DNA of 64,000 bases. Origin: Eimeria praecox. Its lineage: Eukaryota. Below are positions 52,338 to 64,000 of the stretch, piece by piece; positions within the stretch are counted from its first letter, which is position 1, and each line of letters starts with the position of its first letter. The translations under genes were made by a program, and so were the position numbers. The stretch lies in NCBI GenBank assembly GCA_963920595.1, contig OY986946.1:6448001-6512000 (forward strand), written 5' to 3'. The notes under the pieces were generated by a model. It ran no database searches. It had not been told where the DNA came from and saw only the letters and a program-made list of their open reading frames with translations.

Positions 52338-53939
52338 TACCTTGATTGTTTTTTCTATTTCTTTGGAGCTGCTATTGCTGCTGCTATTGCTGCTGCTGCT
52401 GCTCGTGCTGACAGTGCTTCTGCCAACGCAGCTGCCGCTGCTCAAGCTGGTAGCTTGTCTGTCAGAATAACCTCAGGACAATAAAAGAAGGAAAGACAAC
52501 AAAAAACACCTGGAGAACAAAGAGACGACAATAGACAACAGAGCGAAAACTGAGCGCATGCACAGCAGCTGCGGCTACTGCTTCGGCTGCTGCTGCCAGG
52601 CGCACGAGGTATTAAACGCCAAGCTGTTGGACTTCTCGCGAAGCCTAAGTTACAGTGTCTTTAATTCGTTTGAGTTGCTCTATTTGTAAGTGATTTCTAC
52701 AGAAGAATGCGAGTAAAGTAGCCGGGAGGTGTCTTGCAGCAACATTCCCGAGAAACGGTGCGTAGGAAAGGTGATGGCAATCGTAGTACGGTTTGTGGGC
52801 TGTTAGTACGTGTGCCTCTACTACATCGCGGGCTGATTATGGAGGGCCAAGCAAGTATTTGTCTGCATTATAGTGTGCGAGACTAGGGCATGCAGCAAGG
52901 TGACCCGCTGTGCGTGCATGTGGGGCTGTCTTGCAGCACTAGCTGCAGCAAGGCACGTTGAAGCCGGCAGACGTGTCCATGCTTCCACCAGATCCAGGGC
53001 CTTAGGCTGCTGTGCCTAGGCAACCAGGAGGATGGAGGAGGGTTAGCGAACCCTTTCTTTAAGCCGTTGACTGTGTTGCAGCTCACGACGGTCCTCGTTA
53101 TTATGCTAGTTGTCTGTAGTATCACGGATGGGCTTGAATTCAATTTCCTGATGCACCATACCTGGTGTTGGCTACCTTGCAAAGACGGAGCGTGCAACTG
53201 TAACTGGCTGTGTAGGAGGCTGCACGAGGTGGAGACATGCATATTTGCTCTCATGTTAGCTGGCCATGACCAACTAAGTTAAGCGCTTTGCAATTATCTA
53301 CGGTGTAAGGGCACGGAGAAAAGTGGGGCATCGGTGTGCTCCGAGGCCGGTTTCCTGTCAGCTGCATTTTCAAAGCAGCATTTTAATGGGAGCTCTTGAT
53401 ATTACCTGGTCACGGTCGTGAGCTGTAGTGGAGTCAGAACGGCTTAGAAAAGTATTGACAGAGAGCGAATGACCACCCCGCCAGCCTCTTCATGACCTGG
53501 ATACACCTTACCAGGGGCTTGAAGCTGAGACCTGTCAAGAGTTTCAGCACGGTTTATTGCAACTCCTGCGGCATGGCAGCCCCAGATGGAAGCATACCGA
53601 AGCCCTTTTTTAATGAATAGGGGGACCCTTTACGCACTTGTTGAACGCATTTTAGCCCTCAATAGCCAGCCTGCATGCAAGTATCAATATACGTGCGTCT
53701 ACGAGACAGACATTGCTGTCTCTGCTTTTGCCTCTCCCCAAAGTGCGGGGAGCGCTCGAATGCCCTTCTGCCCAGCAAAAGACGGGTGGAGCGATAAGAA
53801 GAAAGGAGGACAAGAGAGGGACTACAGCACCGGGCACCGACAGCGAAAAGAAATATAGCAAGGGAAAAAGGACTTGAGTTGTAGGCAAATGATGCTCCTG
53901 TATGCACCTGCTGGTGCCGCGGGCATGGTGCTACGGCAC

Positions 53940-56110
53940 CCTCGGAATGCCGCATGAGATTACGGCACCCTTTACGGTGCGCCTGGATTGAAAACAATTT
54001 TCAAGATGAGAACATTCCTACCTGACCAAAAATGTGCTGTAGACCTCCGCTGACACCTACCATAGGTGTGCGCTTGAAGCAGTTCTCTGGCGAGCCCCAA
54101 GGGGATGACTGATAGACAAACACGAAGGGAATGACAGTGCTACCGGTCGAGCCTGCGAGTTAGCTGCAGGTACAGAGACGGACAAAGGCAGCAACAGAAA
54201 AGTGATTGGTGACGGCCAGGGAGCAAGTATATACGAAGAACTCAGCCCCTTTGCTCACGCGATAGAACAACTGTCAGCATGAGTTTATGTTCGTTCCAGC
54301 TTTGCGGTACTTTGTGTACACCCATATTTGTGCTGGGCGTCGCTGTGCTGATGCCGCTGAAGTGCTCAAGGAAGGAGGAATTGCTTCGCACCAGCGACCC
54401 TCAGATATCAACCCCGGTTTCAGTCCCTTGGCCATTTTATGTAAGGTCGACTTCTGCTACCTGTGCGCCTCATGGCACGTGCATCCAGGCTCTCAGCCTC
54501 CTCCACTGCTCCTCTCCAAATGTGCTGGTGCAAGGTGCATATGGAAGTACGCAGCTGCAGGATAGCTGACAACAGCAAGATCCAACTCCGGGTCAGTACC
54601 AACGGTAGTATGGTGTAGGCCGGGGTAGCCGCAGAACATCAGCTCAAGGAATGCCCACTTGTGCTGTGAACCCATTTCGCACTTAAAAAAAAGCATAGAC
54701 CTATTTCGCATACGCAATGAGTTCAAGGCAAACAGGCAAATTTTGCAAGGTATAGAGTCTCAAGTGCTGCACAAGCATGAAGTTGATGCTTTCTGCCTGA
54801 ACGCCTGCCCCTGTAAGGTCCACAGCAGTCATGCTATGAACAATATTGAGCTGCTAAATGAATTCGCGCGAAGAAGCGAAGACCAGCTTCAAGTTCCTGT
54901 CAAGCATTTTGGTTTTGGTAACACCATCCAGTTCTTAGACAAGATAAATGAATAGTGTTCACTACTCTCTGCTGTAACTAAGCTCGAATAAGGAACGAAG
55001 CGGGCATATTTACTCAGCCTATCCTCAAAAATAAAATGTCTCCACGATCTCCGATTGATGACAAATTCGGTGGGAAATAGTTCACATAGGCTTTTGGGGG
55101 GTCGAAATCTGTATGACTCCGCAGTTGAGAAAATTCTGTGGCTTTTGTAGCCTCAATCTACACAAATTAGGAGACGTTTCCCAGCTGAGAAAGAGATCCT
55201 AGACTACCAGAAGGCCCTGGCAACCAGCGCTTGAGCTGACGCAACTCTACAGATCCTAGACTACCAGCAGGCCCTGGCAACCAGCGCTTGAGCTGGCTAA
55301 GCCATGATGGTGCATCCTGCTCGAACGAGCTGAACAACTTGAAGCTGCGGCGTAAAATAGGGCGAGTTCATCCCTCGTCTGGTAGAACAAGAGATTTTCG
55401 TCTATGCTGGAGTGCTTAGCATATCGTCAGTGAAATAGCACAAGTGCACAACACAGTGCCTTACCACCAAGGGGTCCGGAGAGTGCATCAGCGATCGCGT
55501 TCTGGATACTCGTGATATGGCTGACTATAATAATATGCGTGCTGTCAGTTCCATAGAACAAACATTTCATTATTCAATCCTTTAAAGTTCTCCACCAGTT
55601 GTGTCAGGGATCGATGAACGGCCTAAGCAGCGGTACACCTGTCATAGAGCAAGCGTCGGCACCCCCTTACCCTCCGCCAGACAGTGAAGGACTCGAAGTG
55701 CTCCTTTCCATGTTCTGGATACTTCTGCTCTCTTAAAATGAAAATATGTGAATAGAAGGCGAATGCTTGCTTGTTTGGCCCATGGATCATTATGTGCTGC
55801 AGCGCCGTCAGGAGGTTTTGAAAGTAGTTCCGCAAGAAGCAGTGAAGCACCCATGCTATATCCAGGTCTATTGAGTGCACGCTTGCACGCACTTGACGCT
55901 GTTAGGGAGAGGAAGCTCCACTATGAGCTGCAAGAAAAAAGTGCAAAGCTATGGCTCGCCCGCTGAAGCTACTGTCTTTACCACCCAAAATTCATGCATA
56001 TCATTCATGAATATCAAAACCGTCATTCGAGGCATCCACTACCGATGTAAACAACTCTCAAATACGTTCTGGGCGTTAATTGTCCAAAATGCACGCAAGT
56101 TGCCTATACG
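53940..56110 (-). mobile_element. Decayed Ty3/gypsy chromovirus-type LTR retrotransposon pol remnant (RT thumb, RNase H, integrase, chromodomain)
   Basis: Minus-strand fragments in gypsy order, broken by stops and frameshifts: QLRAF-like (~56102-56084, weak); AFYSH..REQKYPEHGKE (55766-55701); IQNAIADALS (~55507-55478); DRLSKYARFVP..VTAE (55026-54970); LFI..V*ELDGV.K..LDR and QAESINFMLVQHLRLY (~54800-54750); FLVR*..HLEN (54032-53997, chromodomain Trp apparently mutated to TAG). Confidence 0.8.
55194..55295. repeat. 45-bp direct repeat pair, period 57
   Basis: AGATCCTAGACTACCAG[A/C]AGGCCCTGGCAACCAGCGCTTGAGCTG at 55194-55238 and 55251-55295, one mismatch, 12-nt spacer. Confidence 0.95.
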
Positions 56111-58580
56111 CCCACTAACCCTTGGAAGACCTTTCTAGACCCAGTGTCCCCCGCCAAGCCCCATGCCTTAATCCCTAGTCTATTCCCGAAACTCTGATTC
56201 AGGCAGAACAAATAGTACTAATAGAAGAACTATAAAGCATATTCACTGACGAAAGCCACCTAGCTGCTTTACGGTGTAGTGTACCTTGTGGGGTATAGGG
56301 CTTCAGATAGGCACGCCTGTTTGCCGAAGGAGGGGCATCCCTTCTGCTACAGCCCTCCACGTGTCCTAAAAGCCCCTGATGTGCGATTAAGGCTGAGAAG
56401 TGAGTTCTAATAGCTAAAGCCTACTGTTTCCATATCCCGTTGTAGATAATGGTCCAGGCCTGTCAGGCAGGCATGCTAGACATAGGTAAGCGATTGTTTT
56501 CTGGTCTAACTCAAGTCCAAAAATGCTCCTAAAAAGTTTTATAAGCTTCAAATATGTTGCAATTGAGTTTTAGATATTTATAATGAGAGGGTAAGACTCA
56601 ATCCCGAAGAATATCATTGCACGACCAGACGCTGCCGACGGCTTCCACCGGGCACGAGCAGGCGCAGGAGCATACGAAGCAGCAGCAGCAGTAGCAGCAT
56701 GCCAAGGCTGTGGTATTCCCAATTCTCAATCCCAATCCCCCACCCTTACCGAGAAAACATTGTGGAGAGAAGGAACTGCTGTTTTTCCCCCTCTACTTCT
56801 CCGCCATGGTGATCGCTCAACGGCGCCTCGCCCATCCCGCTGGTCTGCCACGAAACTCTTACCACGCAAAGCGTAATCCATAAACCCCGAAGCTTCAGTT
56901 CGAGACTTGAAAATATATTGCTTTCATACCTTGTTACGAAAAAAAATGCCTCAATATAGGGCTATAGAGGCTCCACGAGCTCAGGCCGTCGCGCCCACTG
57001 GATCGCTTCCCGGTTGAGTATGAGGCGTTTCAGACTGTAGGGGTAGGGGCTGTTTCTGATTGCTTCTCAGGTTGAACTCCGCTAGGTTACCAGCTACAAA
57101 CTTAACTGGTGGGGCTTCGCTTAGCCCCACTGCCTCGTCAAATACACCAGCCTGAGTTCTGGAGTGTGGAGTTGAGGGCGCAGGGTGGCGGGTTTGCAGG
57201 CTGAAAAGGACACAGGCTACTGCTAGAGGTTGCCTGTTCGTTATATTATTTTTGACGAGAGTACTTTGTCTTGTTTCAAAGGAGTAGGTTTCTCTTCCCC
57301 CCTCAGACGTTTGTGGCGTCTCCGCTCATACTCCTCCCTGGAGTGCAAGAGATATAATGTATCCGAGCTTTTTGCATGTTTTTCTGTATGTCTTTTCGTC
57401 TTTTCAGGGCCCCAAAACCCAAAGAGAGGTTTTGTTTTTACTTTTTTGGCTATTTGTTTTTGACGAACCGTTCGATTGTCTGTCACCAGACCTCTTCCGC
57501 CCCGTTCGCCGGCGTGTTTGCTGCATTTTTTCTGTATATTTATTTAAGGCCGAAACCTGAAGCCTCCAACCCTGGCCCTATTTGCTTATATTGGCCTAGG
57601 CATTTAAGGGGCTCTATGGTGGGCGCATATTTTGAACGAACGACTTCCTGCATTTCGCTCTTCTGCCCCTCATAATCTGTACGTTTATGCTTTTATTTAT
57701 GTGTTATTGCACACGTATATTTAGGATATTGTTCATATGTATGTCTCTGTGTGTGTTTCCATTCAAGGGTTTACCCGTGATGTGTGTGTTTCTTATTTAT
57801 TTATCTTCAAGTATAGGGTCACCTCTCTGCACGCTCATGTTGCATGTTCTTGGTTTTGTGTACTTCAACACTTATCAAAGTTTCCATGTTTTTGTTTATA
57901 TTTGTATTTATTTATCGTCACTGCCATAGGCATGGTGTTTCTTTGGTTACGTCTACTTTCATCTTCATGATCATGCTCAGGTGTACGTAGATTCGTGTCA
58001 TGTGTCTGTCTGTTTATGCTTTTTCGCTTATACATCCTTATGCGTTCTTTCCTTGCTTATTTTTATGCTTATACATATGTTTCTTTTACGTACACATTCA
58101 TGTTGATGTGGCCGTTCGCATTCTTCAGTGTCTTTGTGGCTTTACCGTGTATTTACACTTACATGTTTGCAGATTATGCCCATCACCTTCTTTTGGATAG
58201 TGCTGGCTTTTCTGTATGGTACTGTATGTTGTACATGCTTATTTGTATTTTGATTATTATCTCCCTGCTCACATTTGTCTTGAATCCCGTGTTTCTGTGG
58301 CTGTGTTCGTGTACATCACGACTTCTACTCATCTGCTTGAATATCTGTGTTGATCTCCGGGGTATCTATCTTCAAGGTAGATGGTGTATTTGCACCCATG
58401 GCATGTGTATGTATATGCATGATCCGATATACGCATGCATAGGCAAAGGCGCATGCACAAGCGTATGTATATGGATGCTTATATATGTATGTTTATGCAA
58501 ATGTATATGTGTCTATACACTGTGCGCATGCATTAATGCACGTGCGTCAGTGAATATATGCTTCAGGCCCCTTCCCGAAG

Positions 58581-61452
58581 ATGGTCCTACCTTTGCTTCA
58601 GAGGGCCTCCCCCCTGTCTGCTGCTCAGACAGCTCGTTGCTCGATTTGCTTCGCGGCGTCTCGGGGTATCATTTTTTCATCGGCTGGGGCATTTCTTTAC
58701 TCTTGCGTTGGGGTGCTTACGAAGGTTGTCTGTTCTGGTGGCATGCCTATACTGAACGTAAACATTCTACCTTCTAGACCCTAACCCCTGAATCTTAAAG
58801 GACTGTAGACGTGGATAGGTACACTCAGGAGACAAAGGACTGAGTCTTAGTGTGCTGTTGCTGCTGCTGTGGTTGCTGTTGTGGCTGTTCCCTGTACAGC
58901 TGCTGCTCTTTCGCTTCATAGCTCAGTCAGTCCTTTGTTTCGGTGTCTGTCACTTCATAAAAGCGAGGCTTTTCAAATATTTACATCCTAAGAACCCCCT
59001 AGCCAAATATCTATACGCCAGGGGGATCATTGCCGTCATCTGCCACGGTATGTATGTTGCCGGTGCAGCAGCTGCGGCTGTTTCTGCTTCAGCCGCTGCT
59101 TTTGCTGCTTTTGCTGCTGCTGGTGCTGCTGTTCTTAGCGGTGACAGGCATGCATTCTGCCGTTGGTCTTTCTGCTGGTGTTTGAACCGAGAAGCAACAG
59201 GAGTAGCAGCACTTGCTGTTGCGCCTGTTGGCTGTGTGTTGGGCTGAAATGATATTGGTGCAGCTTCTTTTGATGTGTGAGGTGTACATACTGTGTTGGT
59301 GTTTCGCGTGTCCTTGGTTCAGCACTGTATTACATTGCTCTCTCGAGGCTGCCTTTGGGAGATGCAGCAGCTGTTGGCCTGTCGGCAACAATTTGGGCAG
59401 CCTTCCTGGGTGCATTAATTCAGAAAGAAGGGCTGGGATGGTAATACGCTGTTGCTGCTGCTGCTATTGCTGCTGCTGCTGCTGGTAGCTGCTGCGATCG
59501 GTTGTCGTAGTCGCAGTGCATGTACTCCTAGTGCAGGGAGATCTGACGGATTGAGGACTGATCTTATGATGGTGGCGATGTTGCTGCTGTTGGTGCTGTT
59601 GTTGCTGTTGCTGCTGCTGCTGCAGGCTATGGACGATGGTTTTGCTCTGCTCTTTGGGCATTCTTCTTATTGCGAAGCCGGGGGCCATGAGCGAGGTGCT
59701 GGGCGGCGGAAGTAAACCTCAATCCCTAATCATTTATCGTGCAGTGTAGCGCTTACCATAGGGTTTTGTCTTAAAACTGTTTCAGTAGCTGTTCATTAAT
59801 GAAGCAATAAGCTAGCAAGCATACTTGGAGGGAAGTGTGGATTGACTGTGTTGCTTTCGTATTTTGAGTGTCAAGTGTTTAATTTGAAGGTGTGAGCATT
59901 TATTTGTCTACAGCAATACCAGCGCAGAACTCAGTAAGCGAAGTAGCAATGATCGAAGATCTGACGAAAGGCGGAGCTTTCATAATTCTCGTGGTTGGCG
60001 CTTTCCTACGTAAGCCCTAAACCCTAACCCTCGTGTTCTTTCTCGAGAAGCCACACAACATAAATTAATTTACTTCAAATCATAAAACTAGTGATTAGCC
60101 TCAAGTCCACCATGTGTTCGGGTTGTAGGATTGTAATGTTGCCAGCCTTCAGGCTGGCTGTGCAGAAAGTATTTCTGAACATGCAATTTGAAAGCGAAGA
60201 AGATGGAGGGAGGTTTTAGGATTAGAACAACTGATAGATGAAATCATAGGTGAAAAGGGATGTGTCTGTATGCGGTGCAGACGGCGTTTCGTTCGTGTTA
60301 GGGAGGCATGTGGCTAGGCGGGGGCCTCCAATTCTTTCGATATTGCTGATGATGTTTTTCGGACTTGTCTCATTTTTACCTCTTGTCCTTATCATGTCGC
60401 CATTCCAAACATTCTTCTTTGAACAGCTACGGCCGGTTCAGTGGACTTCGCTGACCTGTAAACCCTCAATCTCTCCCTCCTTCCTCCTCCCTTCATTAGA
60501 AATGCTCTTGTCTAGCACTCTACACTCAACCCTACCAAGGGAGAAGCGTATAAAACTGCACTGCCTTGAAACCCCCTGCTTTCAGAATAACCCTTGCAGC
60601 AGAAACCTGAATCCTGTGTCTTAATTAACTAACTCTGTCTTGCTTTCTGTTTCGCCTTCACAGTGTTGCCGTTTCTGGGATTGGGGGCACAGCTCTGTCT
60701 CATCACAGCCCTGGAATCAGAATCTGCTGCAACGATTGCTATTGTTCAAAACCTCGATGCTGTTTTCAGCTACAGCTTTCAGGTGAGCGGACCACTAACC
60801 CCCCCCCTTCCCCCCCCCTTCCCCCCCCTTCCCCCCCCCCCCCCCTTCTCCCCCTTTGCAAGTTGTACAGAGCTGTAAACTATCCCGAGGAGGACAAATT
60901 GCGTTCCTTATATTCCTAAGGGGTATTTCAAGGGTTTTTTCTGCAGTGTATATACACCTGAATGTGTATGCGGTTTCGCAGCTTGCCATTGGTGAAGGTT
61001 TCAATGCGGCCTCTTTATGCGGGGCCAGTTTGATTGTTTTTTCTGCAATTATCCTTGCTGCATTCAAGATCCGAAAGTCATTAAGAGACGGGAAACGTCT
61101 TGCAGCAGCAGCTGCTGCGGAGGAGCTGACAGATACACCCATCGTGCTGCAGCAAGATGCAGCAGCAGCAGCAGCACCCTTTGCTGCAGATGGAGCAGCA
61201 GAACTGGAAGAAGACGAGACGAAGAGCTCCATAGGTGCTATGCAGACAGCTGAAGACCTGCAGCAGCAGCTCAATGCAGCAGGACAGCAACTCCATGGAT
61301 CTTGTATTATATCTCCTTGCAACAGCAGCAGCAGGAGCATAGAGCGCCTCGACAGCATCAAGCAAGGAGGGCCTCTCGCTGCTACCAACGAAACAGCAGA
61401 CACAACAGAAAGCAGCGTTGAAATAATCGATATAGCGAAGGCAGCAGCTTAA
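58581..61452 (+). CDS. EamA/DMT-superfamily transporter (SLC35G-like); 8 predicted exons, true start may lie upstream
   Basis: Phase-consistent exons 58581-58757, 58900-59047, 59323-59440, 59626-59711, 59914-60009, 60281-60457, 60664-60782, 60982-61452. Motifs LLLFRF, LYARGII, YIALSRLPLGDA..WAAFLG.LIQKE, GILLIAKP, AQLCLITALESESAATIAIVQNLDAVFSYSFQ, SLCGASLI; multiple hydrophobic helices. Confidence 0.85.
60799..60854. repeat. C-tract array in EamA intron 7; G-quadruplex potential on the minus strand
   Basis: Four C runs of 8 or more separated by TT, plus a C5 run. Confidence 0.85.
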
Positions 61453-62465
61453 AGCCCAAACTCTTCACAGAGCTTGCAGCAGCACAGCAGCAGAGAAGGA
61501 AGGAGCAGCAGGCGATAGAGGCAGCATCAGCAGTCTCCGCCTCCTTTGTTTATATATGTACAGTGGAAAGACTAAGGCTGCAACAAGTGCAGCAATACGA
61601 ATATCAGCTGCTAGTGCTTGCAGCAGCAGCAGCAGCTGCTGCTGCATCTTTAGTAGCTGCAGCTTCTTCATTGGCTTCAGCAGCTGTGCGAACACAACTT
61701 TCGCTGCAGGGCTCTGTGCAGCAGCACCCGTAACGATGGTGCTAGCTGCAGCAGTATAGATGCAGCAGCAGCAACAGCAGCAACGGCAGCAGCAGAAGTT
61801 GCTGGTTCGAGGGAAGGAGCAGCAGTATCAGCAGCAGCAACAGCCGCGGTGTCTAGGACTGCTGCAGCAGCAGCGGCGGCGGCGTCGGTTACACTCCGAT
61901 ACCTTCGTACGATCCGTTGCATGCGAAACGTTTTAATAAATGGACAGAAGCAACAGCTGCTGCATCTCACTTGCCGCTGCAGCAGCACAAGCTCCTGCTG
62001 CTGCTGCTGCTGCTGCTGCAGCAGCAGCAGCAGCGGCATCTTTTGGTGTTGCTGCAGCAGCAACACCAAAAGAAGCAGGCAAGCAAGACAGAAAAAGACA
62101 GAAGAGCGTACAGGCGTCGGGTCTCTTACAGAACGTATTGAGGCTCGTATGCTGTTTTAGACCTTGCAGCAGCAGCAGCAGCAGCAGCAGAGCAGCAGCA
62201 GCAGCAGCAGCAGCTGTTATGTGCCTCTGCTGCAGGCACAGTAGCTGCACTTCTGCTGCAAGGATTGGTAGGGAAGAGTTGTTAAGTCTAGACAGATGCT
62301 GCTGCTGCTGATGCAGCAGCATTTGTCTGGGGTACAACATTGAACACGACAACAAGCTCGGGCTTAGTCGATCTGTGACTGCAGCAGCAGCAGCAGCAGC
62401 AGCAGCCGCAGCAGCAGCCGCAGCAGCAGCAGCAGCAGCCAAGGCAGTAGCAACTTCTGCAGACC

Positions 62466-63393
62466 CTATGGCTGCTGCAGCTGCCTGCGTAACCTTTCCA
62501 GCTCCATTGTTTGCTGCAGGAGGAGCTGCTGTTGTTTCTTAATTATTTGCTGTTGTTGTTCTACCTGTTGCTGCAGCTGTTCCAAATCACTACTGCTGTT
62601 GTTGTTGCTGTTGCTGCTGCTGCTGCTGCTGCTGCAGCTGCTGCAGCTGCTGCTGCAGCAGCTAGTTAGCCGCTGCATGCGCGAAATCCAACGCAGCAGC
62701 TTCAACCAGTCGACGATAGTTTCTCGCATCAGGAGGTCTCCCTTGTACCTGTAGAGCAGCAGGTATTTAGGTGTTGAGAGCTCTCTCTGCTGCTGTTGCT
62801 GCTGTTGCTGCTGCTGCTGTTGCTTCGGGCACGACGATGCAGCAGCAGCAGCAGCAGCAACACACCACGTGAAACAGCAGCTAGGGAGCGGGCTTACAGT
62901 AAGGAAAGACAGCAGCAAATGAAGCAAGCAGCAGCTGCTGCAGAGCAGCAGCACGAACAGCACTTACCTCGTCGCCCGAGGATGCAGCAACGCATCTTCT
63001 TCATCGTCGAAGAAGCCCAACCGCCGCCGTTGCTGTTGCTGCTGCTGCTGCTGCTGTTGCTGTTGCTGCTGCTGCTGCTGCTGCTTTGAGCCTATTGGAT
63101 ATGGGGTGAAGTAGAGAAGGGCAGGCAAAGCAGTAACCCCGAGGCTTCGGCAGAGGGTCCTGGCGTCCTGTTGTTGTTGCTGCTGCTGCTGTTGCTGCTG
63201 CTGGTGCTGTTGCTGCTGCTGCTGCTGCTGTTGCTGCTGTGTGCAATCAAATGCTGCTGTAAGGAGCCCTTCTTCTGGTGTTTTGTTTCTTTTCTTGAAG
63301 AGAGAAAAAGAGAAAGAGAACAAAGACAAAGAACGCTGCTGACTCTGATGATACGAGGAAGCCGCCTGACGCCACGTTTGCAGAAGAAGCCTG

Positions 63394-63443
<50 letters not shown>

Positions 63444-63591
63444 ATGCCTATGCTTACAACCCCCAAACTCTATCGTCCCTGGTGCTGCTCCATCCTCTAA
63501 GCTGTCTAGAGAGAATTAATGATTTGAGCTTACGAGCTACTTGAATCCCACGAAGCGAACAGCAGCACTGCAGCCTCCCTGCCGCCACCAA

Positions 63592-63650
<59 letters not shown>

Positions 63651-63941
63651 GTGGCGCTGCTGCTATCGATGATGGCTTGTAGGTCTTCAACTTGCAACAG
63701 CGGTACGACTTCTGCAGAAGTAAGTACAAACAACAACATAGGCAACTGCCTGAGTCAGCAGCACGAGCAGCAGCAGCAGCAGCAGCAACAACACACCAGC
63801 AGAACGACAATAAAGTCAAACAATACCTTTCTCTTCTTTGCTTTCTAGTGCTCCAGGGGGCCCCCGGGGGCCCCACAGCTGTGAAACGCCAGCAGCCCCC
63901 CAACACTGCAGCAGCAACAAAAGTACAAACACAGTTTTCAT
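62466..63941 (-). CDS. Signal-peptide thioredoxin/PDI-fold protein lacking CXXC, 332 aa, with homopolymer insertions and C-terminal coiled coil
   Basis: Exons 63941-63827, 63711-63534, 63390-62968, 62748-62466 sum to 999 nt in frame. N-terminus MKTVFVLLLLLQCWGAAG. Trx-fold pattern AVLLFASWDSSSSLLLQTWRQAA...AAFDCT...LCRSLGVTALPALLYF...RYKG...ETIVDWL. Confidence 0.75.
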
Positions 63942-64000
63942 CGCGAGACAAGAAGCCCTAAACCCGATGCTGCATGCACTACGGATGCATCTTATTCCCT

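Larger units (their letters stand above)
41700..64000. repeat. Repeat-rich segment: dense CAG/CTG microsatellites in exons, introns and UTRs (interrupted at ~52.7-58.8 kb)
   Basis: Many (CAG)n/(CTG)n tracts, e.g. 47710-47745, 62167-62215, 62380-62440, perfect (CTG)18 at 63594-63647; nearly absent from 1-41 kb. Confidence 0.9.

Noticed and set aside
52883..53900. Candidate LTR or polypurine tract of the retroelement
   Set aside because: No matching second copy or TG...CA boundaries could be found by eye.
55194..55295. Possible CRISPR repeat-spacer unit
   Set aside because: Eukaryotic context, two copies only, 12-nt spacer, no cas genes.
57687..58567. Hydrophobic ORFs 57687-57929 and the first part of 57995-58777
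   Set aside because: T/GT-rich low-complexity sequence ending at an AG acceptor (58567); looks like an intron or 5' UTR of the EamA gene.

Overview
Eukaryotic, intron-rich apicomplexan DNA, most consistent with Eimeria (CAG/CTG microsatellites, AAACCCT telomere-like heptamers, TGCATGCA octamers). The window is split into a repeat-poor half (1 to ~41.7 kb) and a CAG-rich half (~41.7-64 kb). Repeat-poor half: an FNBP4-like WW protein head-to-head with a CCDC174-like gene, a DegT/DnrJ/EryC1/StrS-type PLP aminotransferase, a ~20 kb axonemal dynein heavy chain, and a 274-aa protein with an N-terminal myristoylation motif and a C-terminal Cys-Cys. Repeat-rich half: USP5/UBP14 deubiquitinase, SRP14, a heavily decayed chromodomain-bearing Ty3/gypsy fossil largely invisible in the ORF track, an 8-exon EamA/SLC35G-like transporter, and a signal-peptide thioredoxin-fold protein lacking CXXC. 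Exon structures were assembled by eye from GT-AG sites and phase. Family calls come from recalled motifs, not database searches. I found no single clear-cut novel multi-gene system. The best leads are the aminotransferase, the dual-anchor protein, the redox-dead thioredoxin and the retroelement fossil.
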